Shown here piece by piece: positions 44,487-54,233 of a stretch of DNA of 64,000 nt (position 1 is its first letter; each line of letters begins with the position of its first letter). Source of the DNA: an uncultured Elusimicrobium sp. (GTDB lineage Bacteria; Elusimicrobiota; Elusimicrobia; Elusimicrobiales; Elusimicrobiaceae); assembly GCA_964490555.1 (NCBI GenBank), contig CAZBCE010000003.1:733-64732 (forward strand), given 5' to 3'. The position numbers were made by a program, and so were the translations under genes. Under the pieces are notes generated by a model. It was not told the DNA's origin. It searched no databases and worked only from the letters and a program-made list of their open reading frames with translations.

Positions 44487-44505
44487 AGCCCGCAGCGTTT
44501 TAAAA

Positions 44506-44548
44506 CAAAAAATCTCCCGCTTTTTAAAAAACAAGCGGGAGATTTTTA
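44506..44548. terminator. bidirectional intrinsic terminator
   Basis: AATCTCCCGCTT/AAGCGGGAGATT 12-bp stem flanked by A- and T-runs, between guaC (+) and the pilin-like gene (-). Confidence 0.75.
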
Positions 44549-44561
44549 TTTGCCGATAAAT

Positions 44562-45113
44562 CTATATGCTCAGCTCTTTTACAATACCGTCATCAAGCAT
44601 CATCTGGCAAAACTTCTGCCCGAAGGGATGCTCGCCCGAGTTCCAATTGCCGCAGCGTTTAACCGTCGGGGATTCAAAGTTAACATCTGCTTCCAGATAA
44701 TACTTTGTTTCCTGCATTGCAATCATATCACAGGAACTGGGAGTATTCCTGCCGCTTAAACGAAACGCGTTAAGTCTGCAAGTTCCCCACCACGGGTTGC
44801 AGTCTACCGCATACATAAAATATTTGGAGCAAAGGTAATTGCCGTTTGCGCTGCGGACATATCCGCCCTCTAAAGAAATATTAAGAGAATCAAACACGGA
44901 CTGCCCGCCGCGGCGGCTACTGTAAACATTCTGCCCCAAAACCAAATATTGCTCCCTTAAGCCTGTTTCCAACTGCGCGAAAGTAATAAAAGCTTCGCTT
45001 GCGTGGGCCTTTTCAATGGCAAGTTCATATTTAGGGAAGGCAATAACGGTAAGTATGCCTATTATCAAAACCACTACAAGAAGCTCCAGCAAAGTAAATC
45101 CTTTTTTATTCAT
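44562..45113 (-). CDS. type IV pilin-like (prepilin N-terminal cleavage/methylation) protein, Cys-rich paralog A
   Basis: MNKKGFTLLELLVVVLIIGIL class III signal. The start is taken at the internal Met of the 209-aa track ORF. Shares a 6-Cys C-terminal domain with 45214..45756. Confidence 0.8.
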   Translation of the reverse strand: MNKKGFTLLELLVVVLIIGILTVIAFPKYELAIEKAHASEAFITFAQLETGLREQYLVLGQNVYSSRRGGQSVFDSLNISLEGGYVRSANGNYLCSKYFMYAVDCNPWWGTCRLNAFRLSGRNTPSSCDMIAMQETKYYLEADVNFESPTVKRCGNWNSGEHPFGQKFCQMMLDDGIVKELSI

Positions 45114-45213
45114 AATATCCCCTAATGTCTTAATGAAAAAGCCTAAACCGATATAAACAGGCACCGCACAAAAATGCGGACTGGAAACCAAAAAAGATAC
45201 GACAGTTGCGTAT

Positions 45214-45756
45214 TTACTCGGGCCTTACAAGGCCTTCTTCCAGCAGAGTAGCGCAAAACTTCTCGCCGAATTCGTGCTCCCCTGTAGACCAGTTTGTGCA
45301 GTATCTTTTGGGCGGATTGGAAAAACTTATATCGGAATTAATTATATATTTAACATTGTGGAAGGCCGCAAATTCGCACTTTCTATTGCCGCTGCCGCCG
45401 ATACGGTTTGCGCTTACCCTGCACATATCCCACCACTTATTGCAGTCAATGGAAAATTGAAAGAACTTGGTACACCATTGTTTTTGGTCGGGGCTGGTTT
45501 CCAAGGCGGGAACGGAAACGTCTAACTGATTAAAAACAACATCCCCGTAAACGCGCTGGGCCAGATAGTCTCTGCCGTTTGCCAAAAACTGCGCTTGCAC
45601 GGACATTTCCAAAGCGGCAAGAACGTTAAATGCCTCTTTGGAGCGGCTCTTTTCTATTACTAATTCGTATTTAGGCCAGGCTATGGCAACCAGAATGGAT
45701 ATTATCAAAACAACAACCAGCATTTCTATTAATGTAAAACCCTTTTTTAAAAACAT
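45214..45756 (-). CDS. type IV pilin-like protein, Cys-rich paralog B
   Basis: MFLKKGFTLIEMLVVVLIISIL. C-terminal blocks IDCNKWWDMCRV and CTNWSTGEHEFGEKFC parallel paralog A. Confidence 0.8.
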   Translation of the reverse strand: MFLKKGFTLIEMLVVVLIISILVAIAWPKYELVIEKSRSKEAFNVLAALEMSVQAQFLANGRDYLAQRVYGDVVFNQLDVSVPALETSPDQKQWCTKFFQFSIDCNKWWDMCRVSANRIGGSGNRKCEFAAFHNVKYIINSDISFSNPPKRYCTNWSTGEHEFGEKFCATLLEEGLVRPE

Positions 45757-45826
45757 TGTAATCCCCTTGAAAAAATAAAAGTTACTTATATTATACTCCT
45801 GATTACGCAAATAGCCAAGTAAAACT

Positions 45827-46333
45827 TTATTGTCCGGCCATGTAGCCTATAATACATCTGCCGTTATTTACATAATCGTATGGAGCGCCGTTGCAAAGGG
45901 AATCACACACCTTTTGTGCAATATCGTCCTGCGACGGGCCGCAGCTTATAGTGCCGACTCTGAAACCGCCGCCATAAGTTCTGGGTTCCAGACCGACGAA
46001 GATAGAATAAGAATATCTGCCCTGCGAGGTAACGGGGAATTTAACTTCCACTTCGCCGTGGGCATTCTTAGGATAAACGCCAAGATTTTTTGTAGTGCTG
46101 GGATAACCCGGGAAGGTTATATCCAACTGATTAATATCTGTGGCGTAAGCATTATTTGTAAGGTAGAAAGCAAACTGCGCTCTTGCTATATTGGTAGCAA
46201 GCTGAAGTCTTTCCGTGGCTCTGGTCTTTTCAACCGCCAAGTGGTATTTGGGCAAAGCTATCGCCGCCAATACCGCAATGATAAGAATAACAACTAATAA
46301 TTCTATTAGTGTAAAACCCTTTTTCCAAAACAT
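45827..46333 (-). CDS. type IV pilin-like protein
   Basis: MFWKKGFTLIELLVVILIIAVLAAIALPKY, with a different globular domain. Confidence 0.8.
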   Translation of the reverse strand: MFWKKGFTLIELLVVILIIAVLAAIALPKYHLAVEKTRATERLQLATNIARAQFAFYLTNNAYATDINQLDITFPGYPSTTKNLGVYPKNAHGEVEVKFPVTSQGRYSYSIFVGLEPRTYGGGFRVGTISCGPSQDDIAQKVCDSLCNGAPYDYVNNGRCIIGYMAGQ

Positions 46334-46351
46334 GTCCCCTTACCCCCTAAA

Positions 46352-47110
46352 CTACTTTATTTGCTTAAGAACAACATCCTTGTTTGATTTATTCAAAATT
46401 TTATAAGGCATAACGTCTTGCCTTGAAGACGTTCCTATAATATTAACCCTGTAATAAACATCAATGCTTTTAGGCTCTTCAATAATCTGGTCTATTTCAA
46501 AAAATCCGCTGGAAAGTTTACTGTCTGATTCCAAAAGCAAAAGCATTTCTTTGCCAAAATTAACTTTGGCATTATAAGGCCCTGCGTTCTGCTTTTTAAA
46601 AGAGTCGTACTCACCCTGATTCTTTATAAGGTGATATTTTACGGGCGCTTTAATAATGCTTAGCCTGTTTTTAAGCTGCTGGTCATCTGATATTTTTTGC
46701 TCTTCAGCGGAAAGCGGCTCCGGCATTTTAGAGGCGGCGTCAGGCTTAACTAAAATATTATTGCTCTCCAGAACTATTTTGGTATCTCTTCTTTTATCCC
46801 CTGCGGCGGCCTGCTGGTACGGGTCAAGCGGTTTATTGGCCGAGCTTTCAAAAGCGAAAGATTCGGGCGCGACGGAGGAAGTATCCAAAAGGTCTTCCCT
46901 CTTTACGTCGCCCTCAGCGGTTGAATAAAGCAATTCCCCGGGTACGCCCGATGTTGCTTGTTCTAAAGCGTCAACATCGGCCTGACGGAGCAAAGCCATA
47001 GTTTCCTCGTCGCCCGTATGAATATCATACTTGGGTTTAAGGTAAAATTGCCAAAGCAAACCTGCCGCTATAACGCCCAAAACAAAGGCCGTTATGTTTT
47101 TGCGTTTCAT
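46352..47110 (-). CDS. hypothetical membrane-anchored protein
   Basis: 252 aa, one N-terminal TM helix (ITAFVLGVIAAGLLWQFY), acidic linker. No family recognised. Confidence 0.5.
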   Translation of the reverse strand: MKRKNITAFVLGVIAAGLLWQFYLKPKYDIHTGDEETMALLRQADVDALEQATSGVPGELLYSTAEGDVKREDLLDTSSVAPESFAFESSANKPLDPYQQAAAGDKRRDTKIVLESNNILVKPDAASKMPEPLSAEEQKISDDQQLKNRLSIIKAPVKYHLIKNQGEYDSFKKQNAGPYNAKVNFGKEMLLLLESDSKLSSGFFEIDQIIEEPKSIDVYYRVNIIGTSSRQDVMPYKILNKSNKDVVLKQIK

Positions 47111-47529
47111 TTTTTAACCCACTTGCCGTGCTCTGCAATAATTTCCGATTCCAAACCGCCTCTGGGCGTAAACTTGCCCGTTATGCGGGCGGCTTTCGGG
47201 TTGCAGGCGCGCACGACATCGTCAAGTATCTTATTTGCAATGTTTTCCATAAAAATACCCATATCACGGTATTCAAGCAAATAATACTTAAGCGATTTAA
47301 GTTCCAAACAAAGTTTAGACGGGATATATTCTATCGTTACAACGCCGAAGTCAGGCAAGCCAGTTTTGGGGCAGACTGACGTAAATTCAGGCAATACTAT
47401 TTTTATGAGATAGTCCCTTTTATATTGGTTTTCCCAGCATTGAATTTCGGGCAGTTTTGCATTGGCGCCTTTGCGGGCATGGTCTTTTGTGTAACCGAAA
47501 TCAATGTCTTTATTTAAATCTTTACTCAT
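47107..47529 (-). CDS. queF: NADPH-dependent 7-cyano-7-deazaguanine reductase (type I QueF)
   Basis: EFTSVCPKTGLPDFG catalytic Cys block and the E(L/Y)KSLKYYL motif; 140 aa. Confidence 0.93.
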   Translation of the reverse strand: MSKDLNKDIDFGYTKDHARKGANAKLPEIQCWENQYKRDYLIKIVLPEFTSVCPKTGLPDFGVVTIEYIPSKLCLELKSLKYYLLEYRDMGIFMENIANKILDDVVRACNPKAARITGKFTPRGGLESEIIAEHGKWVKK

Positions 47530-49444
47530 TTTTCAACCTCGCGGAATTTAACATTATAAATAATATAGCAAAAATAACCATACCCATAAGCATATACCAG
47601 CTTAAAGCTCTGTCCAGCGCAATCACATAATACAATGTTACGAGGCTGAAGAACACCGATATATAAATGTTTTCTCTGGTAATATTTTGCTGTTTTCTTT
47701 CAAATTCAAATATCTTTTTTATGCAGATAAAATCTTTACTCTTAACGGTAAAATCCACCCAGCCCGTAAAAGCGTTTTCCCCCGTGGAAGCAAAAGCTAT
47801 GGACGCATCGGCCTTAAGCATGGCCAGAATATCGTTAAAACCGTCGCCTATCATTGCGGAAAGGCGGCCTTCGCCCAAATTAACTTTATCGGCTTTATCC
47901 TGCGGATAAATATCGCCGTAATATTCTTCTATGCCCGCGCGGGCGGCAACTTCCGCCAGTGCGGCAGTATTATCGCCTGAAAGCAAACAAAGTTCTTTGC
48001 CGCAGGCTTTAAGATATTTAACGGTATCTTTAACATTGGCGCGGAGTCTGTCCGTAAAATAAATACAGCCTAAAAATTTATCATTCTTGGAAACATAAAA
48101 AACCGTTTTCCTCAGGTCTTCGGCATATTCGTCAGTTTTTATGCCCTTGCTTTCAAGCCATGTTTTCCTGCCCGCGTAAATTACGCTGCGGGCCGTTTTT
48201 ACCATAGTGCCGTAGCTTGGGTATATCTCGCAGGAGGTAACCTTTTCCGCCTTAATGCCCTGTGCGGAACAATGTTCCGCTATTGCGGAAGAAAATATAT
48301 TATTTGTACCCTGCTGCGCCGTAAAAGCGGCTTTAAGCAAATCCGCCTCTTTAACCCCTTGCGCCGCAATAACTCTTGCCACTTCCAGCCTTGCCGTGGT
48401 AAGCGTGCCCGTCTTATCTATAAATACTTTATTGCATTCGCCCAAAACTTTTACCGCGGACATATTATTAATAAAAATTTTATTTTTAGCGGCGGCCTGC
48501 TTTAAATATTTTAAAGGCGTTAACATTGCCGCCATATAAGTTATCGGGCCCGATACGGAAAGAACAAAAAGAAAAGCCATAAACCAATACGCGCCGCGCG
48601 TAAAACCGCTGTAGTAAAAACCGCCAAGGCCCTGCGCGGCCGCAAGGATTAAAAAGAAAGCCAGCATTTTACAGGAATAACGTTCTAAAAGGGAAGAAGA
48701 AAATATTTTCTTTTTTTCGCTTTCTTTTACCGCATCTACAACCTGCGCCAGTTTGGAATTATGCCTTAAACTTATTACCTGCGCGGTAACTTCGCGCCCT
48801 TTATTTATGCTGCCAGCAAAAAGGCTGTCCCCTTTTTGTTTAGGCGTAAGAGTTATATTACCCGTCAAAAGATTTTCGTCCGCCATAGTACTGCCCGCGG
48901 TAATTTTACAGTCAAGCGGCACGCGCTCGCCCACTTTTATTAATATAAATTCTCCCACGGCGACTTCCTGCGCAAATACCTTTTGCGCCTGCGTACCGTT
49001 AACCCGCACGGCGGATTTGGGTATAAAATTATCAAGATTATCAATAAAGCGGGCCGCCGCGCCTATGCTTTTAAGTTCAAAAGCTTTTATAAAATTAGCA
49101 AGCGCAAAAGTGAAAGGCAGCATTAAAAACGCGCCCGTTACGCTAAACAAAGCAGTGGCGGAAAAGTTATTTAGAATGCCGAACAGGAACGCGCCCGCAG
49201 CGCATAAAGTAACAAAAGCGTTAAAGCCCGCGTAACCTTTTTTAAGTTCGCGCAGCGTTGCGCGCAAAAACAATTCTCCGCCCGCAAAAAAGGTTATTAT
49301 GGAAATAAGGAAGATTGTTGTAGAAGAGAAATCCAAAAAATAAGCTATCAGCGTTACCACTGCGGCAAGCACGCTTATCCAGCCGCGTGCGGAGTAAGCG
49401 GAAGGCTTAAAAAACACAAGTTTGCTTTTTGCGGCTGCTGACAT
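47522..49444 (-). CDS. P-type ATPase, P1B-like topology with degenerate A-domain and transport-site motifs
   Basis: FIDKTGTLT phosphorylation motif and GDGFNDILAM hinge are present. The expected TGES reads LLTGNITL, and the expected TM6 CPC reads SVSGPITY. There is no N-terminal metal-binding domain. Confidence 0.78.
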   Translation of the reverse strand: MSAAAKSKLVFFKPSAYSARGWISVLAAVVTLIAYFLDFSSTTIFLISIITFFAGGELFLRATLRELKKGYAGFNAFVTLCAAGAFLFGILNNFSATALFSVTGAFLMLPFTFALANFIKAFELKSIGAAARFIDNLDNFIPKSAVRVNGTQAQKVFAQEVAVGEFILIKVGERVPLDCKITAGSTMADENLLTGNITLTPKQKGDSLFAGSINKGREVTAQVISLRHNSKLAQVVDAVKESEKKKIFSSSLLERYSCKMLAFFLILAAAQGLGGFYYSGFTRGAYWFMAFLFVLSVSGPITYMAAMLTPLKYLKQAAAKNKIFINNMSAVKVLGECNKVFIDKTGTLTTARLEVARVIAAQGVKEADLLKAAFTAQQGTNNIFSSAIAEHCSAQGIKAEKVTSCEIYPSYGTMVKTARSVIYAGRKTWLESKGIKTDEYAEDLRKTVFYVSKNDKFLGCIYFTDRLRANVKDTVKYLKACGKELCLLSGDNTAALAEVAARAGIEEYYGDIYPQDKADKVNLGEGRLSAMIGDGFNDILAMLKADASIAFASTGENAFTGWVDFTVKSKDFICIKKIFEFERKQQNITRENIYISVFFSLVTLYYVIALDRALSWYMLMGMVIFAILFIMLNSARLKNE

Positions 49445-49459
49445 TAAAGGCCTCTTAAA

Positions 49460-50422
49460 TTACAGGTCAAGGAAAGTTTTGGCAATTATGCCCTTGCGCC
49501 CGCGCTCGGACCCCATAAGCCTTATTTTAGCGTCGTATCTTTCGGCATTGGCAGGGTCAAGCTTTTTAGCGGCAAGGTAATTTGCAACGGCGGGAACAGG
49601 GTCTTCTATCGCGATGATATCGCCCGTAAGTTCGTAAGCGGGAGCAAAAGTGTTATTGATGCCTTTTAATCTGTCCAAATCGCCCAGAGCGGCCTGATAA
49701 TCGCCGCTTTTAAACATCAGTTCGGCGCGTCTGTAAAGCGCGTTAACATAATTATGGTCCAAATTTAAGGCCATATTAAAATCGCTCAGAGCATTGGCGT
49801 ATTTGCCCGAAAACCTAAAGGCCATACCGCGCGCGTAAAATGTTTTTGCGTCGGTCGGGTTATTGTAAAGAACTTCGGTAAAACCGTTGATGGCAGATTC
49901 AAAATAAAAACGTTTATAATCCACGACGGCTTTATTTCTTATAACGGTAAGATTTCCGGGGGCAAGCTCCAAAGCATGGTCAAGGTCTTCGGCGGCGGCG
50001 TTAAGATAGCCTAGTTCCTCATTAACTGCGGCGCGGTTTAAAAGCGCTATAAAATAATTTGGGTTCATACGCAAAGCCTTATCCAAATAAGATAAAGCAA
50101 GCAAGGGCCTTTTTTGGGAAAGGTAAAAACTGCCGACGTTATTTAACACTTCAGGGCGGTTAGGGTCTATGGTAAGGGCTTCTATATAGTCTTGCTCGGC
50201 CAAATTGTATTCGCCGATGTTTTCGTAAATAATTGCTCTGTTTACGAGGGCGGAGAAGAAAGACGGATCTTTCTTTAATATATTGTTATAAATCCTAAGA
50301 GCGGCGGAAAGTTTGCCCTCTTTGCCGAGCTTAACGGCTTCCTTAAAAAGAGAGTCGTTTTTAGGAGCGCAAGCGCAGACAAAAAATGAAAGCGCGGTTA
50401 AAACCAAAAGAAACTTCTTCAT
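49460..50422 (-). CDS. TPR-repeat lipoprotein
   Basis: Signal peptide with FFVCACAP (lipobox-like), then about 7 TPR repeats (A-x-x-x-Y-x-x-A-L-x-x-x-P-x-x pattern). Confidence 0.7.
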   Translation of the reverse strand: MKKFLLVLTALSFFVCACAPKNDSLFKEAVKLGKEGKLSAALRIYNNILKKDPSFFSALVNRAIIYENIGEYNLAEQDYIEALTIDPNRPEVLNNVGSFYLSQKRPLLALSYLDKALRMNPNYFIALLNRAAVNEELGYLNAAAEDLDHALELAPGNLTVIRNKAVVDYKRFYFESAINGFTEVLYNNPTDAKTFYARGMAFRFSGKYANALSDFNMALNLDHNYVNALYRRAELMFKSGDYQAALGDLDRLKGINNTFAPAYELTGDIIAIEDPVPAVANYLAAKKLDPANAERYDAKIRLMGSERGRKGIIAKTFLDL

Positions 50423-50904
50423 TTCCCCTCCTTATATTTTTTAAAAGAATCTTTAATAAAAATATAACCTAAAAGCAAAACCCCGACGGTTATAAAACTG
50501 TCGGCTATATTAAAAACTGGCCAGATTATAAAATCAAAATAATCTACAACATACCCCAGCACAATTCTATCATAAAGATTGCCCAGCGCGCCCGCCGCTA
50601 TAAAAATAAGCGCAAAGCGGGCAAGCTTGCCAAAATGAATAACCTCGTCGCGCCATTTAAACAGCGCGAACAAAATTACGACGGCGGCCAAAGCCAAACC
50701 CGCGTTGGAGTTTTGGAACGAGCCGAAAGCCGCGCCCGTATTTTCCACATAAGTCAGTCTAAAAAAGGGCAAAATATGGATACTGAAACGCTCTCTTAAA
50801 AACTCAAGCGCAAGTATTTTGCTTATTCTGTCGGCCATAAATATAAGGGGAATATAAATAAATTCCGCCTTATATTTTGCCGCTATTTCTTTAAACCGTA
50901 ACAT
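50419..50904 (-). CDS. lspA: lipoprotein signal peptidase (signal peptidase II)
   Basis: ADRISK, NTGAAFG and VFNIADSFITVG blocks. It lies downstream of ileS, as in many bacteria. Confidence 0.9.
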   Translation of the reverse strand: MLRFKEIAAKYKAEFIYIPLIFMADRISKILALEFLRERFSIHILPFFRLTYVENTGAAFGSFQNSNAGLALAAVVILFALFKWRDEVIHFGKLARFALIFIAAGALGNLYDRIVLGYVVDYFDFIIWPVFNIADSFITVGVLLLGYIFIKDSFKKYKEGK

Positions 50905-53695
50905 TCTCTTTTTCCAATACGGCGGCGCAGCGTCCGCATAAATCGTCGTAATGCGGGTTTGTGCCTATATCTTCTTTCCACTGCCAGCAGCGCGGACATT
51001 TTGCGCCTTTGGCGTGTTCTACCGTAACGTCCAATTTTTCTTTACCGTTTTCCGCGGCAAGTTCCACCTGCGAAACTATGGCGACTTCCGGCCACAGCGG
51101 TAAAGTTTGTTTTAAAAATTCTTTTTCCTTGGCGTCGGCGGAATTGAAGATTACCTTAGCTTCAAGGGAAGAGCCTATTAAACCTTTCTGTCTGGCTTCT
51201 TCCAAAGATTTAAGGACAACGGCCCTTATCTCTCTAATCTTATTCCACTTATCGTCAATTTCCTGCCCGAAACGGGTGGAAACGCCCTGCGGGAAAGAGG
51301 AAAGCAAAATACTTTCTTCCAAATCCTTGCCGACGGGCAGCTTTTTGATTTCCTGCCAGGCCTCTTCCGTTGTAAAGGAAAGGACAGGCGCCAAAAGCTT
51401 GAGTATTGTTATAACCACTTCGCTTAATGTCGCCTGTGCGGAACGGCGCGCGGCAGATGATGCGCCCAAAGTATAAAGTCTGTCTTTGGAGGCGTCCAAC
51501 ATAAGCGATGATAAATCCAATATACAAAAATCCGTTATGGAGCGCACAGCTTTTCTAAAGCGGAACTCTCTGTAGTCTTCCGTAACGCTTTTGATAAGGT
51601 CGTCAAGGCGGTTAAGCAAATACTTATCCAACTCCGCCAAATCCTGCGGTGCGGGTTTGTGCAAAGCCGGATTGTAATCGTGCAAATTGCCCAGCGCATA
51701 GCGTATGGTATTGCGGATTTTGCGGTAGCTGTCTATAGGCCCTTCCAAAATTTCGTTTGAAAGGCGGACGTCGTCGGAATAATCCGTAAAGCTTACCCAA
51801 AGTCTTAAAATATCCGCACCGTATTTATTGATAATTTCGTCGGGTTCAACGCTGTTGCCCGCACTCTTGTGCATGGCTTTGCCCTGCTGGTCGGTTATCA
51901 TACCGTGCGTAATTACATTTTTAAAAGGCGCTTTGCCTTCCAATACGGTTGAAGCGATTAAAGAAGTTTGGAACCACCCTCTGTGCTGGTCGGAACCTTC
52001 AAGATACACGGCGGCGGGCAAGCCCAAGCCTCTGTATTTTAAAACCTCTTCCCATGATACGCCAGAGTCAAACCAAACGTCTAAAATATCGTGTTCTTTG
52101 GTAAATTCTTTACCTCCGCAGGAGCAGGTGTAATCCTTGGGCAGAATATCTTTGGCTTCTTCTTTAAACCAAAAGTCGCTGCCTTCCTTCATCGCGCGGT
52201 CGGTAATAAGTTTAAAAAGATTTTTATCTATCTGCACTTTTCCGCATTCTTTACAATAGAATACCATCAAAGGCACGCCCCAGTAGCGTTGGCGGCTTAA
52301 GCACCAGTCGGGGCGCAGTTCCACCATGGATTTTATTCTCTTCTCGCCGCTGGCGGGATACCATTTGGTATTTTCTATTTCTTTTACAAGGCGGTCGCGC
52401 AGACCGTCTTTATCTACGGACAAAAACCATTGTTCGGTAGCGCGGAAGATGATTGGGTTTTTACATCTCCAGCAATGCGGATAGCTGTGCGTAATATCCT
52501 GCTTTGCGATAAGCGCGCCAAGTTCGTTAAGTCTTTCAACTATACCGGGATTGGCTTTAAAAATGTGCTGGCCCGCAAATTCGCCCGCATCTTTGGTAAA
52601 GATACCTTTTTCATCCACGGGGCAGAAAATTTCTATACCCCATTTAAGGCCCGCGTGGAAGTCTTCCTCGCCGTGGCCGGGGGCAATATGCACTATACCC
52701 ACGCCTGTATCCATAGTAACAAAATCGGTATGGATTACGGGGTTAAGTTTTTTATTTAAAGGGTGTTCGTATTTTATGCCTACCAACTTTTCGCCCGCTA
52801 TTTTGCCCGCCGTTGTAACGTTAAGCGAACAGGCTTTAATAAAAGCGTCTGCAAGTTTTTCCGCCGCTATTAAGTAAGAGCCGTCGGCGTTTTGCATAAT
52901 GCGGTAATCTTCCTGCGGGTTTACGGCCGCGGCCATATTGGCGGGGATTGTCCACGTGGTGGTGGTCCAAACGGCTATATAAATATCTTTGGAAGTATCT
53001 ATGCCCGCAAAAAGGTTTTTATCAAATTCTTTAACCTTAAAGCGCAGGTAGATTGAAGTGGAAGTTTTATCGTGATATTCCGTTTCCGCGTCGGCTAAAG
53101 CCGTTTCGCACGAGGGACACCAGTAAATAGCTTTTTTGCCTTTATAGACATAACCCTTTTCCACCGCTTCAAAAAAAGCGGCGACTGTAAGGCCTTCGTA
53201 TACGGGTGACATTGTTAAATAGGGATTATCCCAGTCGCCCGTTACGCCAAGGCGTTTAAAACCTTCACGCTGTATATTAACAAAGTTTTGGGCAAATTCT
53301 CTTGCGCGCTGTCGGAAAGCGGGAATATCTTTAATCTCCCTTTTGTCTATCTTCATTTCCTTTATAAGCGCCTGTTCAATAGGCAAACCGTGGCAGTCCC
53401 AACCGGGGATATAAGGACTGTGGTAACCCATCATTGTGTGAGATTTAACAACAATATCTTTTAATACTTTGTTTAAAGCGTGGCCCATGTGTATGCGGCC
53501 GTTGGCATAAGGCGGCCCGTCGGCGAGAATAAACTTTTCTTTACCGTTGGTTTGGGCCAGCATTTTTTTGTAAAGTTCAATATCGTTCCAGAAAGCAAGC
53601 AAAGAAGGTTCTTTTTGCGGTAACCCTGCCCTCATCGGAAAATCTGTTTTAGGTAATAAAACCGTAGCGGAATATTTATTTTTGTTTTCTTTCAT
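50891..53695 (-). CDS. ileS: isoleucine--tRNA ligase
   Basis: PPYANGRIHMGHAL (HIGH), KAMHKSAGN (KMSKS-type), C-terminal CPRCW...CGRC zinc knuckle; 934 aa. Confidence 0.97.
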   Translation of the reverse strand: MKENKNKYSATVLLPKTDFPMRAGLPQKEPSLLAFWNDIELYKKMLAQTNGKEKFILADGPPYANGRIHMGHALNKVLKDIVVKSHTMMGYHSPYIPGWDCHGLPIEQALIKEMKIDKREIKDIPAFRQRAREFAQNFVNIQREGFKRLGVTGDWDNPYLTMSPVYEGLTVAAFFEAVEKGYVYKGKKAIYWCPSCETALADAETEYHDKTSTSIYLRFKVKEFDKNLFAGIDTSKDIYIAVWTTTTWTIPANMAAAVNPQEDYRIMQNADGSYLIAAEKLADAFIKACSLNVTTAGKIAGEKLVGIKYEHPLNKKLNPVIHTDFVTMDTGVGIVHIAPGHGEEDFHAGLKWGIEIFCPVDEKGIFTKDAGEFAGQHIFKANPGIVERLNELGALIAKQDITHSYPHCWRCKNPIIFRATEQWFLSVDKDGLRDRLVKEIENTKWYPASGEKRIKSMVELRPDWCLSRQRYWGVPLMVFYCKECGKVQIDKNLFKLITDRAMKEGSDFWFKEEAKDILPKDYTCSCGGKEFTKEHDILDVWFDSGVSWEEVLKYRGLGLPAAVYLEGSDQHRGWFQTSLIASTVLEGKAPFKNVITHGMITDQQGKAMHKSAGNSVEPDEIINKYGADILRLWVSFTDYSDDVRLSNEILEGPIDSYRKIRNTIRYALGNLHDYNPALHKPAPQDLAELDKYLLNRLDDLIKSVTEDYREFRFRKAVRSITDFCILDLSSLMLDASKDRLYTLGASSAARRSAQATLSEVVITILKLLAPVLSFTTEEAWQEIKKLPVGKDLEESILLSSFPQGVSTRFGQEIDDKWNKIREIRAVVLKSLEEARQKGLIGSSLEAKVIFNSADAKEKEFLKQTLPLWPEVAIVSQVELAAENGKEKLDVTVEHAKGAKCPRCWQWKEDIGTNPHYDDLCGRCAAVLEKENVTV

Positions 53696-53757
53696 AGTCC
53701 CCGTCCTGCGAGTAAATATATAGTAATTATATAATATCTGGCGTAAAACTTGACTTT

Positions 53758-54165
53758 ATGCTAAAAGTTAAGCAAACTAAGAATATGACAAACTTAAGCA
53801 GCAATATGGAAGATTATTTGGAAGCTATTTCAATAGCTTCCGCTCAAAGCGGGGCGGCAAGAGTTAAGGATATAAGAACTCTTATGAATGTAAAAACCCC
53901 CAGCGTAAGCGGCGCTCTTCAGGTATTGGCAAAGCAGGGCCTTGTTACGCATGAAAGATACGGGCGCGTCCAACTTACAAAAGCGGGTGAGGCTATTGCG
54001 GCGGAAGTAAAAAAGAAGCACGCCGTAATATCGGCTTTCCTGCGTGATATGGTTGGAGTATCGCAAAGCGTGGCGGAAATTGACGCCTGCAAAATGGAGC
54101 ATATTTTAAGTAAAGAAACTTTTAAGAAACTTATGGAGTTTATGGCAAAGCAGAGCAAGCAGTAA
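53758..54165 (+). CDS. DtxR/MntR-family metal-dependent transcriptional regulator
   Basis: MEDYLEAI start of the DtxR-type wHTH, VKDIRTLMNVKTPSVSGALQVLAKQGLV. It lacks an SH3-like C-terminal domain. The start is uncertain (ATG 53758 or 53785). Confidence 0.78.
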   Translation: MLKVKQTKNMTNLSSNMEDYLEAISIASAQSGAARVKDIRTLMNVKTPSVSGALQVLAKQGLVTHERYGRVQLTKAGEAIAAEVKKKHAVISAFLRDMVGVSQSVAEIDACKMEHILSKETFKKLMEFMAKQSKQ

Positions 54166-54181
54166 AACCTGCTACAATTTT

Positions 54182-54216
54182 AAAAGCCGTCCTTTTTTTA
54201 AAGGGCGGCTTTTTTA
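54182..54216. terminator. bidirectional intrinsic terminator
   Basis: AAAGCCGTCCTTT/AAAGGGCGGCTTT hairpin (one mismatch) with flanking A/T runs, between convergent genes. Confidence 0.7.
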
Positions 54217-54233
54217 TTTGTTTCAAATTAAAA

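Noticed and set aside
53696-53757. T-box leader for ileS (and for argS at 13780-13811)
   Set aside because: The available upstream space is about 60 nt for ileS and zero for argS. That is far too short for a T-box, and no AGAGA/specifier/T-box sequence was seen.
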